In this document: positions 50,645-60,479 of the stretch, in pieces
Layout of the letters: the number at the start of each line of letters is the position of its first letter
How positions within the stretch are numbered: the stretch's first letter is position 1
Virus record (IMG/VR): IMGVR_UViG_3300046170_000470
Source: a virus
Direction: 5' to 3' (one strand)
DNA length: 64,000 nucleotides
Program-made: the position numbers and the translations under genes
The notes under the pieces: generated by a model
The model's database searches: none
The model's input: only the letters and a program-made list of their open reading frames with translations
What the model was told of the DNA's origin: nothing

Positions 50645-51061
50645 ATGAGTACATTATTCAATGAACGTACACCGTTCGACTTACTATTCCGAAACTTTTT
50701 TAAAGCAGACGGATCTTTTCAACCAACCACGTTTGACAACAAACAACCACACCCACTAGATATTTTTTATGACGAAGAAGGGCTTCACTTTGAGATTGCC
50801 TGTACTGGTCTAACTAAAAAAGACATTCAACTAGAAATAGATGGGGATCTTTTAAAAATTATCTATGATAAACCAAAAGAAGAAGAAGATTATTCTGGCT
50901 ATATCTATAAGGGATTAGCTAAACGATCTTTTAACCTAGGTTATAAAGTAGCAGCTAAATTTGAACTTGAAAGTTTATCAGCTGAAATGAAGGATGGCTT
51001 ACTTCATATTTTTATTCCAATTGCCGAATCTAAAAAGCCTAAAACCATTAAAATTAAGTAA
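50645..51061 (+). CDS. Small heat-shock protein Hsp20
   Basis: EIACTGL.K.DI, YKGLAKRSF and AEMKDGLL...PKTIKIK motifs. Confidence 0.9.
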   Translation: MSTLFNERTPFDLLFRNFFKADGSFQPTTFDNKQPHPLDIFYDEEGLHFEIACTGLTKKDIQLEIDGDLLKIIYDKPKEEEDYSGYIYKGLAKRSFNLGYKVAAKFELESLSAEMKDGLLHIFIPIAESKKPKTIKIK

Positions 51062-51131
51062 TAAGTTTTATTAAAAAAGCGTGTCCTAGCGCAATATTAT
51101 TCGTATATTCACGTCTAAATAAATAAGTTAT

Positions 51132-51455
51132 ATGTCTGAAACAAAACGAAGGAAATCAATTCAAATTATTACTGATCCTCTACTAGAACCATTTTTTATT
51201 ACAAAAGATGAATACAGTTATACTGTAAAACAAAATGTAGTATCCGATGCATCCCATTTTAGAAGTAAAGGGAATGCAAAAACTTATGAAAAATCCTTAT
51301 ATTATTATCCTAATTTTGGAGATGCTGTATCAAAAATAGCTGAGTTAAAAGCTGGAGTTGATAATTATGATGATTTAAATAGTTTTATTAACAATTATAA
51401 AGAAATTAGTAACCAAATAAAAAATTATACAGATGGCCTTAGAAGCACTATTTGA
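51132..51455 (+). CDS. Hypothetical protein
   Basis: ORF behind a sigma70-type motif. Confidence 0.6.
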   Translation: MSETKRRKSIQIITDPLLEPFFITKDEYSYTVKQNVVSDASHFRSKGNAKTYEKSLYYYPNFGDAVSKIAELKAGVDNYDDLNSFINNYKEISNQIKNYTDGLRSTI

Positions 51456-51801
51456 TGCAGTTATAGTTAAACCAATTGAAATCGAAGAAACAACTTATGG
51501 GAATATTATTGTTCCTGACGTTGGAAAAGAAAAAAATGAAACAGCAGAAATAATCTCAGTTGGTCCAGGTAAACCCACTATTACAGGGGAATTTATCCAT
51601 ACTAAACTAAAAGTAGGAGATAAAGTTGTTTTACCTACAATGGGTTTTACAAAACTCCCATATGATGGAGAAGAGTATTATGTGGGTCCAGAAAACCAAA
51701 TCCTCGCTAGAATTACTGAAACTATTGATGTTGCAGAAATATTAGAAGAAACTAAAGAATCATTAACCGAAGAAGAAATTAAAGATTTATCAAATGAGTA
51801 A
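51433..51801 (+). CDS. groES: Co-chaperonin GroES
   Basis: ALFDAVIVKP, GNIIVPD, VGPG and VGDKV motifs. Confidence 0.9.
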   Translation: MALEALFDAVIVKPIEIEETTYGNIIVPDVGKEKNETAEIISVGPGKPTITGEFIHTKLKVGDKVVLPTMGFTKLPYDGEEYYVGPENQILARITETIDVAEILEETKESLTEEEIKDLSNE

Positions 51802-53416
51802 ACAAGTTATATTAGGTTCAAAAGCTAGAACCAATTTAGTAAAAGGAATTGATGTATTAGCGGATGCTGTAGTATCAACATTAGGACCAAATGGTCGAAA
51901 TGTAGTAATAGCAAATGAAATGGGAGCCCCACAATCAACTAAAGATGGAGTTACTGTTGCTAAATCAATTACATTAAAAGATCCTAATCAAGAGTTAGGA
52001 GTACAGTTAGTAAAACAAGCTGCAATTAAAACAGCAGAAAAAGCAGGAGATGGGACAACTACTTCTACTTTACTAGCTAGAGAAATGATTAAAGCGGGAT
52101 TAAATGCTTTAAATAATAATGAAAATGCAGTACAAATTAAAAGAGATATTGATACTACCGTTAAAGAAGTAGTAAATAATCTTAAAAATAATATTGCAGA
52201 AGATATTTCAGGTGAAGAACAATTAGAACAAATTGCAACAATTTCTGCTAATAATGATCCTGAAACTGGGAAGTTAATTGCTACCGCAATTGAAAAAGTT
52301 GGAATGGAAGGGGTTGTTCATATTGAGGAGTCTAAAACAGGTGAAACGTATTTAGAAACTGTTGAAGGGTTACAGTTTGATAGAGGGTATAAATCACCTT
52401 ATTTTGTTACTAATAATAACACAATGACTTCTACATTAGAAAACCCCTTAATTCTAATTGCTGACCAGAAATTGACCCAAGTAAAAGAGTTATTACCTAT
52501 TCTAGAAAGTGTATCTACTCAAGCCAGGTCACTTTTAATTATTGCTGAAGACATTGATAATGAAGCTTTAGCTACTCTTATTGTTAATAAAATGAGAGGT
52601 ACAATGAAAGTATGTGCTGTAAAGGCACCTGATTTTGGAGATAGACGTAAACTGGTCCTAGAAGATATTGCCATTACAACTGGAGGTGTAGTTTTTGATA
52701 AACAAAAAGGAATGAAACTAGATAAATTTAGTTGGGATTGGTTTGGTGAAGCTCGAACAATAACAATAGGAAAAGAACAAACAACAATTGTAGATGGAAA
52801 AGGAGGAATTGAACCAATTGAAGCACGTATTGAGGAGTTACAACAACAAGTCAGTAAAGCAACAACGGCGTTCGAAACAGAAAAACTTCAAGAACGACTC
52901 GCGAAATTCACAGGAGGAGTAGCGATTATTCATGTAGGTGGGAACACTGAAACTGAAATGAAAGAAAAAAAAGATAGAGTTGATGACGCATTACACGCAA
53001 CAAAAGCTGCTATCGAAGAAGGAATTGTACCTGGAGGAGGAACAGCATTATTATATGCATCTTCAGGTTTAGAAGCTAAAACAACAGGGGCTCAAATTGT
53101 AATTGAAGCATGTGCTAAACCATTTAACCAAATTTTAGTCAATGCTGGGTTTGATAAGGTTAAAGGACAAATATTAGCAGACCAGTTGGTAAATTCAGGT
53201 AATGATACTTGGGCAGGATATAATATTAAAACAGACGAAACAGTAGATATGAAAGAAGCTGGTATTATTGACCCAACTAAAGTGGCTAGAACAGCACTAC
53301 AAAATGCAGCATCAGTTGCAGGTACAGTATTACTTACAGAATGTACAGTAGTAAATGAACCAAGTGAAGATAACGATCAACCCCAAATGGATCCATCCAT
53401 GATGGGGATGATGTAA
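51794..53416 (+). CDS. groEL: Chaperonin GroEL
   Basis: TLGPNGRNV, TKDGVTVA, AGDGTTT, FDRGY.SPYF, GIVPGGG and MMGMM tail. Confidence 0.98.
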   Translation: MSKQVILGSKARTNLVKGIDVLADAVVSTLGPNGRNVVIANEMGAPQSTKDGVTVAKSITLKDPNQELGVQLVKQAAIKTAEKAGDGTTTSTLLAREMIKAGLNALNNNENAVQIKRDIDTTVKEVVNNLKNNIAEDISGEEQLEQIATISANNDPETGKLIATAIEKVGMEGVVHIEESKTGETYLETVEGLQFDRGYKSPYFVTNNNTMTSTLENPLILIADQKLTQVKELLPILESVSTQARSLLIIAEDIDNEALATLIVNKMRGTMKVCAVKAPDFGDRRKLVLEDIAITTGGVVFDKQKGMKLDKFSWDWFGEARTITIGKEQTTIVDGKGGIEPIEARIEELQQQVSKATTAFETEKLQERLAKFTGGVAIIHVGGNTETEMKEKKDRVDDALHATKAAIEEGIVPGGGTALLYASSGLEAKTTGAQIVIEACAKPFNQILVNAGFDKVKGQILADQLVNSGNDTWAGYNIKTDETVDMKEAGIIDPTKVARTALQNAASVAGTVLLTECTVVNEPSEDNDQPQMDPSMMGMM

Positions 53417-53447
53417 TAATTAATAATTAATAAATAAAAAGTAAAAA

Positions 53448-53615
53448 ATGACAAAAAATGAAATCTTTGAGATTATTGAAACAAATTTCAATATCTTAGC
53501 AGCGGAAAATGATGGAACTACAAAAGCAAGTCAAGCACGAGCTAGAAAAGCAGCACAAGCTATTAAAAGAGTAATCACAGATTATAAAAAAGCATCTGTG
53601 GCTGAGTCCAAATAA
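53448..53615 (+). CDS. Hc1-like small basic DNA-binding protein (absent from ORF track)
   Basis: MTKNEIFEII...TTKASQARARKAAQAIKRVITDYKKASV matches the Hc1-type KA...RARK......K.....Y/FRK.SV pattern. Confidence 0.7.
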   Translation: MTKNEIFEIIETNFNILAAENDGTTKASQARARKAAQAIKRVITDYKKASVAESK

Positions 53616-53632
53616 TTTCGTATATTACCACA

Positions 53633-53899
53633 ATGAAAACAGAATTAATTGAAGGTAAAGTGTTAATTGCTAATAGAAAGCCACCTGGGGACAGGTGGCA
53701 ATTAGCTGATGAACCAGAAGGGAGAATTTATAAAAGTATAACTGACACCCTAGAAGCGTATATGCATAAAACAGGATTTAAAGGTCATTATAGATTAGAA
53801 CCTTTAAATAGTAAATTGTATATTATAGAACAACAAGAAATAGAAATCAAACCAGAACCAATTAAAACATATAATATATATGGGGAGTTCGGAGAATAG
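53633..53899 (+). CDS. Hypothetical protein
   Basis: ORF behind a sigma70-type motif. Confidence 0.6.
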   Translation: MKTELIEGKVLIANRKPPGDRWQLADEPEGRIYKSITDTLEAYMHKTGFKGHYRLEPLNSKLYIIEQQEIEIKPEPIKTYNIYGEFGE

Positions 53900-54806
53900 C
53901 CTATTAGTAGAAAAATATAGACCATCCAAGTTAGAAAACTATGTTGGAAATGAAAATATTAAAAAATCAATATCTAAGTATTTAGAACAGAATGATATTT
54001 TAAATTTAATATTTTATGGACCCGCTGGTACAGGAAAAACTACTTTGGCAAAACTTTGTGTTCAAAATCTTGATTGCGATCATCTTTATATTAATGCCTC
54101 TGATGAACGAGGGATTGAAACGATTCGTGATAAAGTACAAAGCTTTGCAAGCGTTGCTTCTTTTAAACCACTTAAAGTGGTTATTTTGGATGAAGCTGAT
54201 TTTCTTACTATACAGGCTCAAGCTTCGCTCCGTAATATTATTGAAACTTTCTCACGTACGACAAGGTTTATCATGACCTGTAATTTTGTAGAGCGTATTA
54301 TTGATCCTCTACAATCTAGATGTCAAGTACTTAAAATTGTACCTCCAACTAAAAAAGATGTTGCTAAACATTTACATTGGATTTGTAATCAAGAATCAAT
54401 TTCACATGATATAAATGATTTAGTACCTTTAGTTAACCAATATTATCCTGATTTACGTAAGTGTATTAACACTATACAATTATCAACTTTAGATGGTGGG
54501 GCAAATGATTTCTATCTTAGCTTAGACCAATCAGTATTAGTATCATCAAATTATATGGATAAAATTATTACTGAATTAAAAGGTAAAGCTGATTTTAAAA
54601 CGATTCGTCAAATTATAGCTGATGCTAATGTAGATGACTTTGATGAATTATTTAAAGTATTATACGAACGTGCATCTGAATACTTATCAGGTAAAGAGGG
54701 TACAGCATCTATTTTAATAAATGAACATCAATATAAAGCTAATTTCCGAATCGACAAGGAAATAAATACAATGTCGTTAATCCAAAACTTAATAAATAAT
54801 AAATAA
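53880..54806 (+). CDS. Clamp loader ATPase subunit (RFC/gp44-like)
   Basis: VEKYRP, GPAGTGKTT, INASDERG, LDEAD and SRC motifs. Confidence 0.93.
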   Translation: MGSSENSLLVEKYRPSKLENYVGNENIKKSISKYLEQNDILNLIFYGPAGTGKTTLAKLCVQNLDCDHLYINASDERGIETIRDKVQSFASVASFKPLKVVILDEADFLTIQAQASLRNIIETFSRTTRFIMTCNFVERIIDPLQSRCQVLKIVPPTKKDVAKHLHWICNQESISHDINDLVPLVNQYYPDLRKCINTIQLSTLDGGANDFYLSLDQSVLVSSNYMDKIITELKGKADFKTIRQIIADANVDDFDELFKVLYERASEYLSGKEGTASILINEHQYKANFRIDKEINTMSLIQNLINNK

Positions 54807-54808
54807 TT

Positions 54809-55051
54809 ATGCAACAACAACAACAACCCCCTCAAATTGATTTAAAAAATACTACTGAGGTAAAAAACTTTAACGGGGGATCAATTTTTCAACAAGGGGT
54901 TATTTTACGTAAAGTATCTCGTTTTGTAGCAGGAACAGATGAAGATGCACTTATGCCTATACCAGTATTTTATGATCCAGAAACCAATAAAATTTTAACT
55001 GATTCGGTTCCTAAAGATTTAAGGGAAGAAATGAAAGATGAGCTTTGCTAA
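54809..55051 (+). CDS. Hypothetical protein
   Basis: ORF track. Confidence 0.6.
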   Translation: MQQQQQPPQIDLKNTTEVKNFNGGSIFQQGVILRKVSRFVAGTDEDALMPIPVFYDPETNKILTDSVPKDLREEMKDELC

Positions 55052-55465
55052 ATGAAGAATATCTTTGATTGGTTAAAATGTATTAATACTACTAAACCTC
55101 CTGTCGAGTCATTTTCTGATAAAGATTGGGAGGTTTGGAATAGTTATATGATCCACAGATTTATTTCAATGAACCCCGATTATTTAGAGATAGTAAATTA
55201 TGTACAAGATTTTCCTCCACAAGAAAAGAGAATGATATATTCTATTTATAAAGAATTTATCCCTAAAAATAATAAATGGAGTAAGTATATTAAATCTAAG
55301 ATAAAACAACCTAATAAGGACTTAATAGACCATATCAAAAATTATTTCGAATGTTCTTCTAAAGAAGCAAAAGAATATATAAATATATTGGATACCCCAG
55401 AAATAAATCGTATATTAACGAATAGAGGGTTAGATAAAAAAGAAATAAAACCATTATTAAAATGA
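55052..55465 (+). CDS. Clamp loader small subunit (gp62-like)
   Basis: IFDWLK.I...YMIHRFISM...YFECS..EAKEY; follows gp44-like gene. Confidence 0.65.
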   Translation: MKNIFDWLKCINTTKPPVESFSDKDWEVWNSYMIHRFISMNPDYLEIVNYVQDFPPQEKRMIYSIYKEFIPKNNKWSKYIKSKIKQPNKDLIDHIKNYFECSSKEAKEYINILDTPEINRILTNRGLDKKEIKPLLK

Positions 55466-55692
55466 CAAAAGAATTATATACCATGTTAAAAACATCTGCT
55501 GAAGCAGATAAAGCTAAAGCATTATTGTCACTTGAATTATTAGGAAATAAAGCAGTAGGTATTGGAGATCATTCAACCGAAGATTTTTATAAAAATGCTG
55601 AAGAAGCACTTATAAATCTAGTTGATGCCGATGATAGACTTGCAGTATTAAATATATATTTTTCAGACAGTAAAGACCAAATTAATGGGTGA
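55462..55692 (+). CDS. Hypothetical protein (VGIGDHS motif)
   Basis: ORF track. Confidence 0.6.
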   Translation: MTKELYTMLKTSAEADKAKALLSLELLGNKAVGIGDHSTEDFYKNAEEALINLVDADDRLAVLNIYFSDSKDQING

Positions 55693-56101
55693 TACAATAA
55701 CTAAATACCACGAAATAATGAGTGATAGAGAAATTATGAATGCCAAAAGAGGTGTTTCAGCAAAATTAGGTGTACAAGTATTCGAAAAAGAGTATCCCGA
55801 ATTATCTAAGGAGTTTAAAAAAATTCAAAAAGAAATGTATGAAATGTTTGCTCGTAAACATATGGATTATGGTTTAAACAACATTGCTTTAGGTGGAGAT
55901 ATTGTTAATAATAGCGATGATAAACAATTCTCACTAACTGGGTTATGTATTAGGTTAACTGATAAAATATCACGTTTAAAGAATTTATTGGTCAATGGTA
56001 GATCATTTGTTGAAGGCGAAGGTATGCAAGATACATTTATTGATATTGCTAATTATGGCATCATTGGGCTCTTAGTTGGCCGTAACAAATGGAAAAAATA
56101 G
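55685..56101 (+). CDS. DUF1599/nucleotide-modification-associated domain protein
   Basis: FARKHMDYG, RLTDKISRLKNL and DTFIDIANYGII motifs. Confidence 0.75.
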   Translation: MGDTITKYHEIMSDREIMNAKRGVSAKLGVQVFEKEYPELSKEFKKIQKEMYEMFARKHMDYGLNNIALGGDIVNNSDDKQFSLTGLCIRLTDKISRLKNLLVNGRSFVEGEGMQDTFIDIANYGIIGLLVGRNKWKK

Positions 56102-56102
56102 T

Positions 56103-57075
56103 TTGGCTAAAAAAATCCCAAAGATCATAAAGGAGATTAGAAATAATCCTCCAACACCCGTTAATTATGCATATCAAAAGAATATATCATATTCCCAGAT
56201 GTCTATATTTAGAGGATGCCCCCATAGGTGGAAATTACAGTATAAGGATAAAATTAAACGTTTTACTTCTTCAATTCATACTGTATTTGGGACGGCCATT
56301 CATGAAGTTATGCAACATTATTTAGATGTAGCATATGACAAATCCTTTGCTGTAGCAGATAGGGAAATTGATATGGAAGAATTTTTCCAAGAAAAATTTA
56401 TAGGTGAATATCGAAATCAATACAAGAAAAACAAAGATCAACATTTTTCCTCAGCTGAAGAAATGAGGGAATTTTTTGATGATGGAATGGGTATTTTAAA
56501 TTGGTTTAAGAAAAAGAGATCCAGGTACTTCTCTAAACGTGGTTGGCACTTAGTTGGTTGCGAAATACCATTAGTAATTGCGCCAAATAAAATGTATAAC
56601 AATATATTATACGCAGGTTTTTTAGATGTTGTTATGTACCATGAGGAAACAGAGACATTTAAAATAATCGATATTAAAACAAGCACTCGTGGATGGAGGG
56701 ATCAGGATAAAAAAAATGAAGATAAACAATATCAATTACTTTTATATAAACAATATTTCTCAGAACAGTATGGGATACCTTTAGATAAAATTGAAATTGA
56801 ATTTTTTATTGTTAAAAGAAAAGTAATGGATTGGGATGATGAAAAAATAATGTCACCCCCATCAAGCATATAGGGTACAGCAATTTAGCCCACCAAGTGG
56901 TAAAATTAAATTAGGACGAGCTAAAAAAGCTATAAATAATTTTGTAAATGAATGTTTTAATTCTAATGGAGATATAAAAGATATAGAATATCCCAAATCC
57001 CCAAGTAAATGGAATTGTAACTTTTGTCCCTATAAAGAAGATAAAGAAAATTGTGGAGAAGGTATAATCTACTAA
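56103..57075 (+). CDS. Cas4/AddB-like PD-(D/E)XK exonuclease with 4-Cys Fe-S motif (one apparent insertion in C5 run 56856-56860)
   Basis: ISYSQ...CPHRW, FGTAIHE, GFLD, IIDIKT, QLLLY and restored C-terminal CNFCPY......C. Confidence 0.82.
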
Positions 57076-57120
57076 TTTTCGTATATATGTATACCTAAAT
57101 AATGTTATAAAATAAAGATT

Positions 57121-57309
57121 ATGAGCGCAAAAAAAGATATGACACTAACGAGTGTTAAAGTCAAAAGCGATTTATTCGAGAATTTTAAAATTGAATGTGT
57201 AAAACGTAAATTTTCCTTCCAAAAACTTGCCGATCGAGCTTTGTTTTTGTATCTTACAGATGAAGATTTTCGTAAATCAATTACTAATCAAACTAATCTC
57301 GAATTATAA
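57121..57309 (+). CDS. Ribbon-helix-helix-like small regulator
   Basis: LTSVKV...LFENFK......SFQKLADRALFLY. Confidence 0.55.
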   Translation: MSAKKDMTLTSVKVKSDLFENFKIECVKRKFSFQKLADRALFLYLTDEDFRKSITNQTNLEL

Positions 57310-57321
57310 ATCCAAAAACCA

Positions 57322-58761
57322 ATGAATAAAAGTTTTGAACACCTTCCTAAAGATAAAAGGAAGAAAATATTATTAATTTGTGATGATATTAGAGTACATT
57401 CTGGGGTAGCTACAGTAGCTAAAGAAATTGTTATCCACACAGCTCATCATTTTAATTGGGTACAAATGGCTGGTGCTATTAAACACCCAGATTTAGGGAA
57501 ACAAATTGATTTAAGCCAATCTATTAATCAAACTATAGGAATAAATGATAGTTCTGTTACTTTATATCCTAATAATGGATATGGAGACCCTACTAAACTT
57601 AGAAACCATATAGCTAAAGAAAAACCAGATGCTATAATGTTAATCACTGATCCAAGATATTTTAGTTGGGTATTTAATATGGAGGCAGAAATTAGAAAAA
57701 AAATTCCAATTACATATTTAAATATTTGGGATGACTATCCAGCCCCAATGTATAATAAAGCATACTATGAAGCATGTGATTTACTAATGGGTATTTCTAA
57801 ACAAACTGTTAATATTAATAAGATAGTTTTAGGTGATAAAGCTAAAGATAGAATTCTTAGATATGTCCCTCATGGTTTGAACCCAGATATTTATAAACCT
57901 ATTTCTGATGATGATATAGAGCTAAATAAATTTAAAAAGAATTTCTTTAATAATGATATCCCGGAGTTTGTAGCTTTCTTTAATTCTAGAAATATTAGAA
58001 GAAAACAAATCCCAGATACAATGATGGCCTTCAGAGTATTTTTAGATGGGTTAGATAAAGAAAAAGCAGATAAATGTAAATTAGTTTTACACACTGAAGG
58101 AGTTACAGATGCAGGTACAGATTTATATAAAGTAGCTGAATATATATTTAGTGAAAATTATCCTAATGCAGTCCATTTTTCACATAAAAAATTATCCCAA
58201 CAAGAATTAAATTGGTTATATAACATAGCGGATGTTCAAATTCTTATTACTTCAAATGAAGGTTGGGGGTTAACCATCACAGAAGCAATATTAGCGGGGA
58301 CACCTATTATAGCTAATACTACAGGTGGGATGCAAGACCAAATGAGATTTATTGATGAGAATGGAGAGTGGTTTTCACCAAGCCCAGAAGTACCTTCTAA
58401 CCATAGAGGTACCTATAAGGAACATGGTGAGTGGGCATTCCCCGTTTACCCTACTTCAAGATCAATACAAGGTTCTCCACCAACCCCTTATATCTATGAT
58501 GATAGATGTGCCTGGGAAGATGTAACTGAAAGATTATTTGAAGTTTATAATTTAGGTAGAAAAAAAATGAAAAAAGCAGGCCTTAAAGGTAGAGAATGGG
58601 CTATATCTAATGAAGCAGGATTTACTGTTAAACATCAAGCTAATAGAGTAATGGAAGCTTTTACTGAGTTATTTGAAACTTGGGAACCCAGAGAAAAATA
58701 TGAAATTGTAAACGCTACTAAATATAAAGGTAATTTTCTAAAACATAAAATTATATATTAA
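57322..58761 (+). CDS. GT4-like glycosyltransferase
   Basis: SGVA, VPHG, RNIRRK and SNEGWGLTITEA motifs. Confidence 0.85.
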   Translation: MNKSFEHLPKDKRKKILLICDDIRVHSGVATVAKEIVIHTAHHFNWVQMAGAIKHPDLGKQIDLSQSINQTIGINDSSVTLYPNNGYGDPTKLRNHIAKEKPDAIMLITDPRYFSWVFNMEAEIRKKIPITYLNIWDDYPAPMYNKAYYEACDLLMGISKQTVNINKIVLGDKAKDRILRYVPHGLNPDIYKPISDDDIELNKFKKNFFNNDIPEFVAFFNSRNIRRKQIPDTMMAFRVFLDGLDKEKADKCKLVLHTEGVTDAGTDLYKVAEYIFSENYPNAVHFSHKKLSQQELNWLYNIADVQILITSNEGWGLTITEAILAGTPIIANTTGGMQDQMRFIDENGEWFSPSPEVPSNHRGTYKEHGEWAFPVYPTSRSIQGSPPTPYIYDDRCAWEDVTERLFEVYNLGRKKMKKAGLKGREWAISNEAGFTVKHQANRVMEAFTELFETWEPREKYEIVNATKYKGNFLKHKIIY

Positions 58762-60039
58762 ATGAATAAACCAGTTTTTATAATCAGTTGTCCCTTTGAT
58801 ACTTATTCCGGTTATGGGGCTAGATCTAGAGATTTAGTTAAAGCCATAATTGAATTAGATGAATATACTGTAAAACTTATACCACAAAGGTGGGGTAATA
58901 CCTCTTGGAATTTTTGTAAAGACCACCCTGAATGGACTTACTTATTAGACTATTCAATTACCCAAATAACTGCCCAACCTGATATTTGGATGCAGATTAC
59001 AATCCCAAATGAATTTCAATCCATAGGAAAATATAACATAGGATGTACTGCTGGAATTGAAGCAACTGCTTGTAAGCAAGAATGGATTGAAGGTCTAAAC
59101 AGGATGGATATAAATTGGGTTTCCTCTAACTTTGCTAAAGGAATGTTTGAAAGCATCAGATATGAAAAAAAAGACCAGAAAACCAACCAAACTACTCATA
59201 TTATTAAATTGGAAAAACCAATAGAAGTGGTATGTGAGGGGGCTAACTTAGATATATATAAACCTATTACTCTTAAAGATATCAAAACCTTTAATCTTAC
59301 AGAAATCCCAGAATCATTTTGTTATTTGAGTGTAGGGCATTGGATACAAGGAGATTTTGGTCATGACAGAAAAAACTTGGGGGTTTTGATAAAATCTTTT
59401 TATGAAACTTTTAAAGGATCTCTAAGTAAAAACAAACCTGCCCTAATATTAAAAGTATCTCAGGGGGTAGCTTCATATATGAGTAGGGAAGCAGTTTTGG
59501 ATAAAATTAATGCTATTAAGAAAACAGTTAATTCAAACTCTTTACCCAATGTATATTTAATAAATGGTGAATTTACAGATTCAGAAATGAATGAATTGTA
59601 TAATCACCCTAAAGTTAAAGCTATGGTTAGTTTAACTAAAGGTGAAGGATATGGTAGACCTTTATTAGAATTTAGTTTAACAGGTAAACCTATTATAGCT
59701 TCAGGCTGGTCTGGCCATTTAGACTTTTTAAAACCTAATATGAGTACTTTATTAGGGGGTACTTTAGAAAACATACATCCCACTGCTGCTAATAATTGGT
59801 TAATCCAAGATGCTCAGTGGTTTAAAGTTGATGAAATAAGTGTAAATAAACATTTAAAAGATTGCTTTAAAAAGTATAAACAATATATTTTAAAATCTAA
59901 GCAACAAAAGAATTATAGTAAAACACAATTTAGTTATGAGCAAATGAAAAATAAAATTAGTAATATTTTAACTGATTATGTCTCTCTTCCACCTCAACAG
60001 ATAGAAATAACTTTACCTAAACTTCAAAAAATAGAATAA
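58762..60039 (+). CDS. GT4-like glycosyltransferase
   Basis: SGYG, DRKN and KGEGYGRPLLEF motifs. Confidence 0.85.
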   Translation: MNKPVFIISCPFDTYSGYGARSRDLVKAIIELDEYTVKLIPQRWGNTSWNFCKDHPEWTYLLDYSITQITAQPDIWMQITIPNEFQSIGKYNIGCTAGIEATACKQEWIEGLNRMDINWVSSNFAKGMFESIRYEKKDQKTNQTTHIIKLEKPIEVVCEGANLDIYKPITLKDIKTFNLTEIPESFCYLSVGHWIQGDFGHDRKNLGVLIKSFYETFKGSLSKNKPALILKVSQGVASYMSREAVLDKINAIKKTVNSNSLPNVYLINGEFTDSEMNELYNHPKVKAMVSLTKGEGYGRPLLEFSLTGKPIIASGWSGHLDFLKPNMSTLLGGTLENIHPTAANNWLIQDAQWFKVDEISVNKHLKDCFKKYKQYILKSKQQKNYSKTQFSYEQMKNKISNILTDYVSLPPQQIEITLPKLQKIE

Positions 60040-60479
60040 TGAATTTTGATGAACTAAAAGAATGCTCCCGATGTGGGTCTGATGCTTGTTATAAACAAGA
60101 AGTAACAAAAGATATATCTATCGAGTTATGTTATGGTTGTGGGTTTCAATCTAATTCTATTATGACTAAAGGTTCAGAGTTTTTTACTGAACAATGGGAG
60201 ATACTGCCTGAAATATATAAAGTATTAATGGATGAAGAAGAAGATACTGGGAAAATTTGGATGCCTACTACTATAAATGTCGAAGATAAAGGGATGGTAT
60301 TTGCCAAAGGTCATTCTAGATTAAAATGGGAATGGGCAGCTGTAAAATCATTTCCTATTAAAGAAGAAGAAAAAGAAAAGTATCAAAATAAAAAGTTTAA
60401 GACTGATATGTCCACTATAAAATATTTTAAAGAACGTGATTTTATGGATGCTCTTTCTTATATTAACATAATACCATGA
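60039..60479 (+). CDS. Zn-ribbon hypothetical protein
   Basis: CSRC...CYGCG. Confidence 0.6.
   Translation: MNFDELKECSRCGSDACYKQEVTKDISIELCYGCGFQSNSIMTKGSEFFTEQWEILPEIYKVLMDEEEDTGKIWMPTTINVEDKGMVFAKGHSRLKWEWAAVKSFPIKEEEKEKYQNKKFKTDMSTIKYFKERDFMDALSYINIIP

Noticed and set aside
376-56873. Pseudogenes or programmed frameshifts in phoH, neck, nrdA, nuclease and others
   Set aside because: Uniform +1 homopolymer insertions in essential, otherwise intact genes point to sequencing error
56103-57075. CRISPR-Cas system suggested by the Cas4-like gene
   Set aside because: No repeat-spacer array or other cas genes seen; solo Cas4-like nucleases are common in phages
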